Shown: piece by piece, positions 1-12,246 of the stretch
How positions within the stretch are numbered: the first letter of the stretch is position 1
Layout: each line of letters begins with the position of its first letter
Assembly (NCBI GenBank): GCA_030390025.1
Contig: CM059425.1
Span: forward strand, 170,688,001-170,752,000
Direction of reading: 5' to 3'
DNA length: 64,000 nucleotides
Origin: Squalus acanthias
Lineage: Eukaryota
Notes under the pieces: model-generated
What the model was told of the DNA's origin: nothing
Databases searched by the model: none
What the model saw: the letters and a program-made list of their open reading frames with translations, nothing else
Position numbers and translations under genes: made by a program

Positions 1-821
1 GGTCGATACCGATTTTTTCCCCCCCAGAGTGTTAAAGATCTGAATCCCAGCCTGAACCCACCTCCAACCCACCCACTTCCAGTTGTAACGGTAGCGGGAC
101 GGGGTAGGGCAGCCAATCCGCTGCCAGGAAGCGGGACGTCTATTTAAATAATATAATGAAGCTGGAAGCCTCTGCTTTAACCTCCATTTTGAATTTAACT
201 TTAGATGGTCGGGTTTTGCACACCTCGTGAAACCCGCCAGCTAATGCAAGGCGTGGACTGCTGGATGCAGGAGGTAAGTGCCTTTACACTTACCTCCTGG
301 ATCCAGGGACCCTGCCTAACCCACTCCCCCGTAATCGTAGACCACCCCATGAGGCCGCCGATCCCCCCCACGAGACCTCCTCTCCCACCCCCCCCCCACC
401 CCAGGACTCCGATCTCCACCCCCATCCCCTGATCACACCCCCAGGTCTCCAATCACACCCCCCCACAGGCCTCCGATGCCCCCCACCCGTCCTCCGATCA
501 CCCCTAGGCATCTGATCTCCCCCACAAGGCCTCCCCCCCAAGCCTCCGATCCCCACCACGAGGCCTCACCCCCCACCCCGCACCCCTCCCCCCATGCTCC
601 TCCCTCCCTCCTCTCTGCGGCCGAGTGTCACAGGCCTACCCACCCAGAGCCAGACAGCCTCTCAATCTGGCTGGCTGCAGGTTGGAAACAAAGGATTTCC
701 CTGCAAATCAGCCCCTGCCATTAAATTCGGCAGGACCTGCAGGAAATCCGTTCTCCCGGGTTTCCCGACCACTTCAGAGCACGCTCACCCCCAACCCGCC
801 TTCCCCATTAAAATTCAGCCC
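1..821. mobile_element. Harbinger-type non-autonomous element (MITE family 1), left end outside the window
   Basis: Ends in TTAAAATTCAGCCC followed by TTA. Internal sequence (ccaacccacccacttcc, ggat(g/c)caggaggtaagtg hairpin, C-rich gcctccgatc repeats, ttaaattcggcagg) is colinear with the copies at 51047-51851 and 59635-60694. Confidence 0.8.
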
Positions 822-847
822 TTAGTGTTTTCTACAGATGTTGTATT

Positions 848-1317
848 CAACAACAACTTGCATTTATATAGTGCCTTTAATGTAGTAAAACATCCCAAGG
901 CGCTTCACCGGCGCGTTATCAAACTATAAAGCCACATAAGGAGATATTAGGGCAGAGAGGTAGGTTTTAAGGAACATCTTAAAGGAGCAAAGAGAGGTAA
1001 AGAGGCGGGAAGTTTTAGGCAGGGAATTCCAGAGCTTAGGGCCTTGCCAGCTGATGGAGCAATGGTGGAGCAATTAAAATCAGGGATGCGCAAGAGGCCA
1101 GAGGAGCACAGATATCTGGGAGGTTGGCCAGGAATATTTTGGAATAGTCAAGTCTAGAGGTAACAAAGGCATGGATGAGGGTTTCAGCAGCAGGTGAGCT
1201 GAGGCAGGGATAGAATTGGGCGATGTTCGGGAGGTGGAAATGGGTGGTCTTAGTGGCGACACGGATATATGGTCGGTAGCTCACCTCGGGGTCAAATATG
1301 ATACCAAGGTTGCGAAC
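848..1317 (-). mobile_element. L2-clade LINE 3' fragment
   Basis: Minus ORF 1036-1284 contains AETLIHAFVTSRLDYS, the L2 ORF2 C-terminal motif. The minus strand ends in aaggcactatataaatgcaagttgttgttg. Homologous to 58950-59262. Confidence 0.8.
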
Positions 1318-1357
1318 AAATGGGAGGTTTTAAAAAGTTAATGGATAGCTAACTAAG

Positions 1358-1528
1358 CATTGTTCCCTCTAAGCTGCGCGGCCACGCTGCCACGCAGTTG
1401 TCTGCCAGTCCCACCCACCCCAGGACCAGCTTTTCCGATGTGACATTTCGCACATGAGCGAAACTTTGAATGGGCCACACAGCCCGTTAAAGGGACCGCG
1501 CACCCAAAAAAAATTAGGGGGAAGATTG
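1358..1528. mobile_element. Short hAT-like MITE
   Basis: Termini CATTGTTCCCTCTAA ... TTAGGGGGAAGATTG form an imperfect TIR. Shares gaatgggcc and ccgcgcacccaaaaaaaatta with the copy at 60277-60419. Confidence 0.65.
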
Positions 1529-3900
1529 GTAATAAGCCTTCCTGTTACCCCACTGTCCACTCTCTTATTTTGTTATTCGTTCATGCTATCATATGACAAC
1601 ATCATACCATCCAATGTTACAACTGAAAGCCAGAGATTATTGTTCAGCTAAAGCGTTGAGTATTTTTCTGAAAAACTGAGAGAAGATCTTATTACACAAG
1701 TGCTTCACAGAGGTATTGACTGGGATATTGTGAAATAGTTGTTAGTCTAATTGGATGCTCATTTTAATTGATGCATGTTTACCATGAAATAAAGCAGTGA
1801 AGACTAGAATTCTAAATCATAGACAGCTTTAAGAAAGAGAGGAACGTCATGTAGTATTAATCTGATTACTTTTCATTGCAGAACTAGATGGAAACCTGGA
1901 GCAAACATTATATGATATTATAATAAATTGTTATGGGTTCAGTCCTGTCATCGTTAACCTTAGTACCTGATAGTGAACATAATCTTCAATTGCTCTCAAC
2001 AAGGTCAACAGAAAAAATAGTTCGGAGTTATAAAAGAAGACCACCGCCATATGCAGGTGATTTGTATTTTTTGCCTTAAGGTATTATTTTCTGCAATATT
2101 TGCATTGGTGCAAATAAAGTAGTGGAGACTGAAAAGGTAGTTATTGTTAAATGAAGAGAGCAGTAGACATCACAAATTCAAAACACTTTATTCGGGGCTG
2201 GATTTAATGGTAACTAACTAGTGAAATATTGTTTCATGTTAGCTCGGCAATATTCTAGTCAATAGTAAAGTTCTGCTATCAGTGCTCCCAACTTGACCTC
2301 TTAGTAACCTTTTGCTCACTCTTTATTTTGCATTCTTGACTATCTGTCTTCCTTTGATTTGTATTAGTTTTGCTAATGGACAAGATAGTGTGCTATTGAC
2401 AGATAAGGTAAACATAGACCACCTGCTCAACCATATGAGTGTGAAAAAGAACCCACTTGAGCTCTGGATTACTGTTCCAAAATATACCCTGCAGCTCCCA
2501 GTCTCCTTAAAATATCAACAAGAAATGTAATTATGTTCATTTTTCATGGCATAACTGAGGGAACCATTGACAGTTCTTTTCAGATCTAATACATTGTCTA
2601 ATACAATGCGGATCTTGCAAAGAAAAAAAGTCACATATTCAGACATTGATCCTTTAATTTTTTTCCTCCTCTTGAAAAAAGCTGAGTATAGAATTAAAAA
2701 TAATCACAATCATGTAGCACCTCAGAAATGTTTCTAGTTAAAGAAATGAATTGTGAGGATCCTATAGAATTCAAACAGAAGCTTTTCAAACAACCATGCT
2801 GCCCATAGTTACACATAGGAGAGAAATAGTGTAATAGCGAAGATCATAGTGTACTGCACTCAAAGTACAACCGAACTTGCACTAGAGTTACAGACAGAAA
2901 TGACATCTTTAATCATCTGTTCAAGTTGAAATAGGTCTTGCCATTGCTGTAAAAGATAATCCTCTTCCTATACCACTCAAAATGAAATAATAATTAAAAT
3001 TCATTACAGTGAAGGGTCACCCAAAAGTGAATTTAATTATAAGGTATAGAGGGGGGAAAACTCTTGAAAAGGGCAAATTCTCTCTGTTTGGGCCGGAGGT
3101 AATTTATATTAGCAATGAAAAACCGAGCTGTCATCAGAGGCCAGGACAGGAAATACATCTGGTTTGACATGATTCTTTTTTTTTCCTTTTTCTTCTTCTT
3201 CTTCAACAAAAAAACAAGGATAAGGAGCATTGGTGCTGTAAGGATGACATGCTTACTAAAGGGCTTTGTGGTGCAGGATCCATTAGGAAACGTCCTTTCT
3301 GTGAAAGCTAAGATGGATCAGGTTTCCAACAAATGAGCCACACTAAAGCTAAAGCCTGTTTGTCAGCAGATGTTTAACTACAATGGTATTCATCCCTTCC
3401 TAATGTTTTTCAAACAGTGCCAAATGATATATTGGCAATATAAAAGCGATTCAGTCCAGGCCTCTGGATTATTAATCCGGTAGCATAAATATTACAGTAT
3501 TGTACTCCCAATTCTAATTTACATTCTCTTATGAGGATGTTGCATTGCACTGGAAATTAATAAAATACTTTGAACCCTGGTCAGTGAGATCAATAATACC
3601 AACAGCCTCAACCACAGCAGGTTACACCAAAGGGATAACCCTTCCAATCGGGCAATGTTAAAAACAAACATTCAGTACAACTCTTGACGCTTGGATTTAC
3701 TGATCCATAAATAGTGACTAAGTTCTGTTTGTCTTGTCTTTGCAGGTACTAGGGAGATAAGTATTAACACATTGTAAAGGGATTGGATAACTCCGTACCA
3801 ACCACCAGAATGGAAAATAAAATGTTCATTTTAGCCAGAACATCCACTCAAAAAGACTTCTTTAATTTGACTATAACTTATGTTTACTGTAGCATTCTGG

Positions 3901-5470
3901 AGCCTAGAGTTTCCGCTAGTTTGCGCTGGTCCCCTGAAAATCAGCCAAACCAGCGTAGAAGATCAAGGAATTTTAAGCGCAAGTTACGTCAAGCGTAACT
4001 CGAGTTTCTGCGATCTTTAACGCTGGTTTAAAAATCATCATGTTGGAAGTCGGCACAACCCACAAAACTGGCCATGCCCCCCCACAGATCAAATTAAACA
4101 ACCTGCTGAGTTTCTGACCCTGCGCTTGTTTACAACCATTCGAGGAGACTCTTCAAATTAAACTCGTTTTTTGGCGCAAAGGCAATAGTTGGCATAAGAA
4201 ACTGACTAGTATACACCAATGAAACTAGAAAATGGTTCAGTATAGTTTTTTTAAAGTCAATTAGGTGGCTCACAGGGGGTGAACTAGACACATATTAAAA
4301 ATGCTTATTTTATATAATAACCCCATTTTCAGCTATAATAATAAAACCGCATCAGGTTACCACACTTAAATACATCAAGGAATATTTTTAATGCAAAGAA
4401 AAAGATAAACAATTACGTTCTAAAATGCTGCCCGATTGCATTAGTTCATGGAAGAGTTTGGGGGAGAAATTCAGTATCGCCCCATTTGGGGCGCAATTAT
4501 CGGCCGGCGCAAAGATTAGCGCCTGGCGCTAATTATCGCCTCCGACTGCAAACTTGACTTTTATTGCCCCTAGAGGTGATTGGAGCGCTAAATCAGGCGC
4601 TTCACACCTGTCTTAAGGCGCAAAGGCTGAGGAGTGAGGCGCTACCTCAGAGTGCTGACGAATTCATGTGATGTCAGTCAGCAATGGAACACACACACAA
4701 TGGCACCGGCCACTTCTTAAAGGGGAGGGTTGACCTTGCTTTCCATCCACATCCTGCTCATTGCAGCCTTGAATCTCGGCCTGGAGAGACCTGTACATCA
4801 AATCTGCTGGAAAGAACAATGGAGAGGCCCAGGGAAAGAGCTCAGAGTGCAGCCCCCACAGTCTCTTCTAAATCAATACAAGGAAGGGCAAATCAAAATG
4901 AACCTGCAAAGTGCTGCTCAGTACCCAAAACTCCTTCACACAGCGTTGAATCTCTCCAGAAGTCTCTCTCTCTCTCTCTCAGAATGTGTGGTTCAAAAAT
5001 GTCACCAACAATAAAAGGCAGGAAGTGGTCGCCTTTAAATAGCACTCCTTCAGTCCCTTCCTGACTGCAAAACGCTCCCCTCAACCTGTCATTGCTAGCG
5101 GCAGGCGGTAAGGCAGGGGGCACCACTCAATATCCGCTCCTGGGCGCTACCGGGGCGTTGCGCACTCGACTGACGTCACAATCTGCCGGCGCAGGAGATC
5201 GTGGCGGTAGTGTTTAGCGCCGCCGCAAAATGTCTAGTTAATTTTGCGAGCGGCGCAAACATCGCTGCGCCCGGGCGCTCGTTGCTTTGCGCCCCATTAG
5301 CGCCCTCTTAAGGCACTAACGGGAGACGCAACCAACTGAATTTTTCCCCCTTTATGTTTGTGATTATGCAAATGAGTTTGAGCAGAAACTTAAACCATAA
5401 CTTCACTTCGGAAAACCAGCGCAATTTCAAGACCAGATTGCCGGTTGTGCCCTAGCGGAAGCTGTACCCC
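3901..5470. mobile_element. Harbinger-type non-autonomous element hosting a nested element
   Basis: AGCCTAGAGTTTCCGCTAG versus the reverse complement of CTAGCGGAAGCTGTACCCC matches 14/19. CpG-rich subterminal arms with an AT-rich middle. No clean TSD. Confidence 0.6.
4460..5350. mobile_element. Harbinger deletion derivative nested in 3901-5470
   Basis: TIRs GGGGGAGAAATTCAGT / ACTGAATTTTTCCCCC (15/16) with TTT on both flanks. The interior keeps a short MERPRERAQ stretch resembling the N-terminus of the Harbinger Myb-like gene. Confidence 0.8.
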
Positions 5471-5472
5471 AA

Positions 5473-5712
5473 GGGGTATGGTAGTGCAGTGGTTATGTTA
5501 CTGGACTAGTAATCTACAGGTTGGACTAATAATACAGAGAAATATTTCAAATCCCACAATAGCAGTTTGAAAATTTAAATTCCGTTTTTTAAAAATCCGG
5601 AAATAAAAAGCTGGCATCAGTAAAAGTGACCAAGAAGCTATTGGATTGTTGTAAAAACCCAATTGGTTCACTAATGTTCTATAGGGAAGGAAAGCTACCT
5701 TCCTTACCCAGA
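5473..5712 (+). mobile_element. tRNA-derived SINE, 3' part lost
   Basis: A-box-like tagtgcagtggtta and B-box-like ttcaaatccc. Body is colinear with 10960-11290. Confidence 0.6.
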
Positions 5713-5896
5713 CCCCACAAGGAATGTCTGGCTTCTACTGGCCTGGGCTCTCCCCAACTTCTAACTGGTGAGACCCTGCCAAAACCTCCCTCCAAATTAC
5801 CTGAGTGTCGGCAGGTTTTCAGCTGTCAGCAGCCGACCAGCTGGCTCTTCATGCCCATTCTGGGCAGGCAGTTGTAGCAGGATGTCAATGAGGCTC

Positions 5897-6012
5897 ATGG
5901 GGAATCAAGGGATATGGGGATCGGGCGGGAAAGTGGAGTTGAAGTCGAAGATCCGCCATGATCTTATTGAATGGCCTACTCCTGCTCCTAATTCTTATGT
6001 TCTTATGTTCTA
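5897..6012 (+). mobile_element. CR1 LINE extreme 3' tail
   Basis: ggaatcaagggatatgggg...ggcctactcctgctcctaattcttatgttcttatgttct; same tail as at ~8765-8897. Confidence 0.85.
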
Positions 6013-6633
6013 GGCCCAGGAGCTAAAATATCTCAAGCCTCAAATTGATGACGTGGGGGTGTTGGGAGGGGGTGGTTGACAAATGCCCACCCCCTGCCAT
6101 CCTAGTTAAAACCCCCCCCCCCAAAATAGTCTAAGGAACTTGAATTACGATAATGCCTCGATTGCTATATTTTCATCAGGCAAAGCAATAGGTACATGAC
6201 ACATATGACATGATGATTTTTGAATGTGATGGGCAAAATAATAGAAATATAAAAATCTGCTAGATTTAGCATGATTCTAGAAAATTTCAACTTCGGCAGG
6301 AGCACAAAACGGGCGATAGCGAATCTGCCTGTTATACACCCCACCTGATTTTCCATTCCTTGACTTCAATTAATTTGAGGCAATGAATAGTTGAATTTAC
6401 CCCTTCTATTTTTAGGTTTCATTCTCACTGTTTTTTGCATTTATTTGTGATTTTAGCACTTTAGTGATTTAGGGATATGTCAACTTATTGACCAAAACTC
6501 ATAATTAATGTAACCAAAGTTAATTTGGAAAGATGCAATTCTCATTAAAAGGTTTACAATCTCCATATTCCCATAACAAACTTTAACACAAACATCACTT
6601 TCTATCATTAGTACTGAGCCTTCATTTACTTAC

Positions 6634-6679
6634 CAGGACAGCCCGCTATATCATAATACTGATCTTGTGTTTCATTTGC
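6634..6679 (-). other. Candidate 46-nt exon of an unknown host gene (ANETQDQYYDIAGCP)
   Basis: Minus strand ctatccttgtAG|GCA...CCTG|GTAAGT, open in phase 0, in non-repetitive DNA. No recognised homology. Confidence 0.25.
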
Positions 6680-7129
6680 CTACAAGGATAGCGAGCCACT
6701 GGCTACAGTTGAAAATGGGAAGTTGCCATTACATTGATGGGATTTCTAATTAAATCTGCAATTAGTAGATGCTAATATGCAAATGCATGAACATCAATCA
6801 GGGTAGTATGATAGAATAAATATATTGCAATGATTCATATTGATATTGAAACTCCTCCATACTATAATGCATGCTGAATATTTTGTTTTGTTTTGTATTG
6901 ACTGCTCTGTTTTAACATGCAAGTCCCCTATTGAGTCCACAAACTAAAAATATTGGCATATTGACATTATTAGATCAATTGCTAATCAAAGTAAAATTCT
7001 TATGCAAGCCACTTTAATAAAGCAATATGCAACAAGTTAGGTTAAGTCCAAACAGTTTAATAGTCAATGTAAATTTCAACCTATATATACAGTTACATAT
7101 ATGGCCCAGCCATAATATCAGAATATGAT

Positions 7130-10100
7130 TATGGCACTCTCAGCCCTGGCAACTTTTTAAAGTCCTCCTTGCCAAAATCTGGTGGCTGGTCCCCAATTTG
7201 GGAAAGCTGTCCCACAAACTAATCAACCAACAACCTGACAGTCATACTCACAGGATCATTTATATCAACCAATGTCTCAGACTCCTCCATCATCATCATC
7301 CTTGGGTCTATTGTAACCCACTGGTGGGGGCACACTGATATACAGTTAGATGGGAGTGTCCCTCAGAGTCCTTAACATTGACTCTGGAACCCATGAAGTT
7401 AAAAAGGTCATGGAAACATACTGCTGATTTATTTACTGCCCCCACCCCTTGACAAATCATTATTCCTCTATGTTGAATATCATTTTATGAAAGTTCTGAG
7501 GAAAGCAAAGGCAGAGAATGTACTCTAGATGGGGGACTTCACTGTCTACCACCAAGAGTAACTCGGTAGTACCACCACTGATCAACCTGGCCGAGTCCCA
7601 AAGAACACATTTGCCAGACTGACCCTGTATCAGGTGGTGAGGTAACCAACACAAGCAATACTTGACCTTGTCCTCACCAACCTTCCTGAATCAGACACAG
7701 CTGTTCATGATAATACTGGTATGAATGACCACTGCATAATTTCTTGTGAAGGCAAAGTCTGGTCTCAATCGTGAGGACATCCTTCATCATGTAATGTTGT
7801 ACTACCACTGTGCTAACGGAGATAGAAAAAGGACAAAAACTGGGCACCCATGAGGTGTTATAGCCCATCAACAGCAGCAGAATTGTATACTGCCACAATC
7901 TGTAACCTTATGGTTCAGTGCAAAAATCAGGACAAATCCAATCCGGCCAATTACTGCCCCATCAGTCTACTCTCAATCATCAGCAAAGTAATGGAAGGTG
8001 TCATCAACAGTGCTATCAAGCGGCACTTACTCACCAATAACCTGCTCACTGATGCTTAGTTTGGGTTCCGCAATAAGGTGGCAGATGGAGTATAATGTGG
8101 GGAAATGTGAGGAAATTCACTTTGCTTGGAAGAATAGAAAAACAGAATATTTTTTAAATGGTGAGAAACTATTGGTGTTCATAGAGATTTAGGTGTCCTA
8201 GTACAAGAAGCACAGAGAGTTAGCATGCAAGTACTGCATGTAATTAGAAAGGCAAATTGCATGTTGCCCTTTATTGCTAGAGTGTTGGAGTATAAAAGTA
8301 AGGAAGTCTTGCTACAATTGTACAGGGCCTTGGCGAGACCACACCTGGAGTACTGTGCACAGTTTTGGTCTCCTTATTTAAGGAAGGATGTACTTGCCTT
8401 AGAGGCGGTGCAACGAAGGTTCACTAGATTGATCCCTGGGATGAGAGGGTTGTCCTATGAGGAGAGATTGAGCCTGTATTCTCTGGAATTTAGAAGAATG
8501 AGAGGTGATCTCATTGAAACATACAAGATTCTGAGGGGGATTGACAGGATAAATGCTGAGAGATTGTTTCCTCTGGCTGGAGAGTCTAGAACTAGGGGGC
8601 ATAGTCTCAGGATAAGGGCCCAGCCTTTTAAGATTGAGATGAGGAGGAATTTCTTCACTCAGAGGGTTGTGAATCTTTGGAATTCTCTACCCCAAAGTTT
8701 TGTGGATGCTCAATCGTTGAGTATATTCAAGGCTGAGATAGATAGATTCTTGGACTCCTGAGAAATCAAGGGATATGGGGATAGGGCAGGTAAGTTGAGT
8801 TGAGGTTGAAGATCAGCCATGATCTTATTGAATGGTGGAGCAAGCTCGAGGGGCTATATGGCCTACTCCTGCTCTTAATTCTTATGTTCTTATGTTCTTA
8901 ACCACTCGGCTCCAGACTTCATTACAGCCTTGGTGCAAACATGGACAAAAGAGCTGAATTTCAGAGGTGAGGTGAGTATGACTGCCCTTGACATCAAGGG
9001 CAGCATTTGACAGAGTGTGGCATCAAGGAGCCCTAGTAAAACTGAAGTCAATGGGAATCAGGGGGAAAACTCGCCACTGGCTGAGGAACTCCTGCAGTGA
9101 TATCCTGGGGCTGAGATGATTGGCCTCCAACAACCATAACCTAACACAAAGGAAGATGGTTGTGGTTGTTGGAGGCCAATCATCTCAGCCCCACGACATC
9201 ACTACAGGAGTTCCTCAGGGCAGTATCCTAGGCCCAACCATCTTCAGCTGCTTTATCAATGACCTTCCCTCTATCATAAGGTCAGAAGTGGGAATGTTCA
9301 ATGATGATTGCACATTGTTCAGTTCCATGCGCAACTCCTCAGATAATGAAGCAGTCCATGCCCGCATGCAGCAAGACCTGGACAACATTCAGGCTTGGGC
9401 TGATAAGTGGCAAGTAACATTCGTGCCACACATGTGCCAGGCAATGACCATCACCAACAAGAGAGTCTAACCACCTCCCCTTGAAATGCAATGGCATTAC
9501 CATCGTCGAACCCCCCCCACCATCAATATCCTGGGGGGTCACCATTGACCAGAAACTTAAATGGACCAGCCAAATTAATACTGTGGCTACAAGAGCAGGT
9601 CAGAGGCTGGGTATTCTGCAGCGAGTGACTCACCTCCTGACTCCCCAAAGCCTTTCCACCATCTACAAGGCACAAGTCTGGAGTGTAATGGAATACTCTC
9701 CACTTGCCTGGATGAGTGCAGCTCCAACAACACTCAAGAAGCTCAACACCATCCAGGACAAAGCAGCCTGCTTGATTGGCACCCCATCCACCACCTTAAA
9801 CATTCATTCCATCCACCACCATCACACCATGGCTACAGTGTGTACTATCTACAAGATGCACTGCAGCAACTCACCAAGGCTTCTTCGACAGCACCTCCCA
9901 AACCCGTGACCTCTACCTAGAAGGACAAGGGCAGCAGGCGCATGGGAACACCACCACCTCTAAGTTCCCCTCCAAATCATAAACCATCCTGACTTGGAAA
10001 TATATCACCGTTCCTTCATCGTCGCTGGGTTATAATCTTGGAACTTCCTACCTAACAGCACTGTGGGAGTACCTTCACCACACGGCCTGCAGCGGTTCAA

Positions 10101-10190
10101 GAAGGTGGCTCAACACCACCTTCTCAAGGGCAACTATGGATGAGCTATAAATGCTGGCTTTGCCAGCGATGCCCACATCCCATGAATGAA
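7130..10190 (+). mobile_element. Decayed CR1-clade LINE (subfamily with gctggc...gcccacatccc tail), interrupted by a younger CR1
   Basis: Degenerate endonuclease region 7150-7800. RT motifs NYCPISLLSIISKVME, GVPQGSILGP, GMFNDD and YKAQVWSVMEY. 3' end gcccacatcccatgaatgaa. Contains frameshifts and deletions. Confidence 0.85.
8073..8897 (+). mobile_element. 5'-truncated CR1 LINE inserted in the previous element
   Basis: WQMEYNVGKCE and LYRALARPHLEYCAQFWSP...FFTQRVVNLWNSLP (ORF 8225-8761) with a (ttcttatg)n tail. It splits the host between tttgggttccgc and accactcggctcc. Confidence 0.9.
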
Positions 10191-10199
10191 TTTTAAAAA

Positions 10200-10700
10200 A
10201 ATCCCTCATTCCTCCATCATCAGCAAGCCAGGAGACCAACTCTGGTTCAATGTGGAGTATAGAAGAGCAAGCCAGGAGCAACAACAGGCATACTTTACAA
10301 TGAGGTACGAACCTAGTGAAGCTATTACGCAGGACCAGCTGCATGGTAAACAGAAAAAAATCAGGTTATAAACAGAGCTAACTGGTCCCACAACCAATAG
10401 AAAAAAGAAAATCTCTGCAACCCTACAAAATCCAGTTGAGAATAAAACTGTTGGACTATAACCTGGTGTTGTGCGACTTCTCATTTTTAAATCCAGTTGA
10501 GAATGGTGGTGGACAGCCAGACAACCAACAGAAAGAGGAGGCTCCAGGAATATCCCCATCCTCAACCATGTTGTAGCCCAGTGTGTGAGTGCAAGAGATA
10601 AGGCTGAATTGTCTTCAGTCAAAAGTGCCAAGTGCATGATCCTACTTGGCTTTCGCCCAAGTCCCCGATACATAAATACCAGTTTCCAACCAATTTGGCT
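10200..10700 (+). mobile_element. Decayed CR1 fragment (endonuclease-RT linker)
   Basis: IPHSSIISKPGDQLWFNVEYRRA and WWW-type motifs, colinear with the minus copy at 14700-15180. Confidence 0.75.
10444..10488 (+). mobile_element. 45-bp Penelope-type terminal-repeat fragment with 16-bp TSD
   Basis: aaaactgttggactataacctggtgttgtgcgacttctcattttt is flanked by the exact direct repeat AAATCCAGTTGAGAAT (10428-10443, 10489-10504) and shares ataacctggtgttgtgcgac with the 45953-46046 insert. Penelope assignment is from recalled shark consensus. Confidence 0.65.
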
Positions 10701-10959
10701 CATTGCAAAGAGTGGCTTAATTACTGACCTCTCAAAGCCTCTTTCCTTGTTTGCTCATTTCTCATTCTCAGAAGCCTTTATTCAAAAGAGCTGCAAACCA
10801 AGCATTTGTTGGTCCATTTCTGAGGGGGCTAACGGTGAACTCATTGCTCTTTTCATAATTAGGACAACACCCCCACCAACAAACTAGCTAAAACAACTTT
10901 CCATCAAGCAGGCTGAAATATCTGTCCCATATTGAGCTGTGATGTGAATGTCTTACTGC

Positions 10960-11290
10960 TATGCCTAGTGGTTATGAAACTGGATGAGCGACCCAAAGGT
11001 TGTGAGTTTAAATCTCACCAAAGCAAGTTGTGAATTTGAATTTAATAAAGCTGGTAATTTATGGGCTAGCACCAATAAATGGCCATAAAACTATCAGATT
11101 GTCATAAATACCCAATTAATCAACTAATGTCCATCAGGGAAGGGAATCAGTCAACCCTATGTGGTCTGGCCTGCATGTAACTCCAGTCCCACATTATGTG
11201 GTTGAATCTCAGTGCCCTCAGGGTAACTAGGGTGGGCAATAAATGCTGCTTTTCCAGTGTCATCCACATCCCAATAACAAATAAAAAAAT
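10960..11290 (+). mobile_element. tRNA-derived SINE with CR1-like 3' tail
   Basis: Head cctagtggttatg...gagtttaaatctcacc. The tail gggcaataaatgctg...ccacatccc matches the 3' end of the CR1 subfamily at 10130-10190 and 13186-13250. Confidence 0.65.
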
Positions 11291-11906
11291 GTTTTAAAGC
11301 GGTTACTACCCATTATTTGTAAAGATTAAGTTAAAAGTCCTGTAAATTTATGTTGGCGAATTCAGATCCAGTCTAAAAAATGCAGTCATTTAAAGGAATA
11401 TATATTCTAAGTCTGACAGTTTTCTTACCACAAACCCCTCTGTAAAGCAACTGAAGATTTACTCTGGTTTCAGGCAAATTCAGCTCGAAAGCACTGATGA
11501 GCTAATCAGACTCACATTTCTATCTGCACGCTGATAGGACAGAACAGCTGCAACCAAGCACGACTGCCCACAAGCACAGATATAATGAAATTATTTTACT
11601 CTTTATTAACCTGTTACTAATTCAATCCATGATGGATGTGAGAGATTATTATATCTCATCTTCCTGTCTCTACTGCAACCATGTAACAAATTGCACAATT
11701 TTTCTCCCAAACAGCAGACTATTTTTCTGCTGTCACTACAGATTTATAAAGATATTCTCTGCTTTGTGGGATTTATTTTTAAACTATAGGCATACTAGAC
11801 CTTTGACAAACAGTAACCTTTAGGATTTCTTAAATATATTTTGCATAGAAATTAGGGAATAATTAAATGTAGGAGTCCCCCATCACCATTTTAAAAAATA
11901 GTTGCA

Positions 11907-12128
11907 CTGACTGCGTGGGTTTCCTCCGGGTGCTCCGGTTTCCTCCCACAGTCTAAAAATGTGTGGGTTAGGTTGATTTGGCTATGATAAATTGACCCTT
12001 AGTGTTAGGGGGGGATTAAATATGTGGGGTTACGGGGATAGGATGGGATATGTTAGGGGGAATTAAATACGTGGGGTTACGGCGATAGGGTGGGATATGT
12101 GTTGGTGCAGGCTCGATGGGGATTCTGT
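11907..12128 (+). mobile_element. HE1-type V-SINE, 5'-truncated
   Basis: V-domain ctgcgtgggtttcctccgggtgctccggtttcctcccacagtc...gggttagg; internal ~48-bp tandem duplication at ~12003-12098. Confidence 0.8.
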
Positions 12129-12246
12129 GTGAGAAAGCAGGGACAGGGTACTGCATTTGGATGATCAGCCATGATCGTATTGAATGGTGGAGCAGGCTCG
12201 ACGGGCCGAATGGCCTACTCCTGCTCCTAGTTTCTATGTTTCTATA
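12129..12246 (+). mobile_element. CR1 3' tail
   Basis: gatcagccatgatcgtattgaatggtggagcaggctcgacgggccgaatggcctactcctgctcctagtttctatgtttctat. Confidence 0.8.

Noticed and set aside
201..929. Pro-rich and Gly-rich ORFs (also 51237-51738, 59834-60362)
   Set aside because: By-products of the C-rich repeat core of non-autonomous elements.
1882..2056. Plus-strand exon-like segment (tttcattgcAG ... GCAG|GTGATT)
   Set aside because: Stops in all three frames and a weak donor; could only be non-coding and has no other support.
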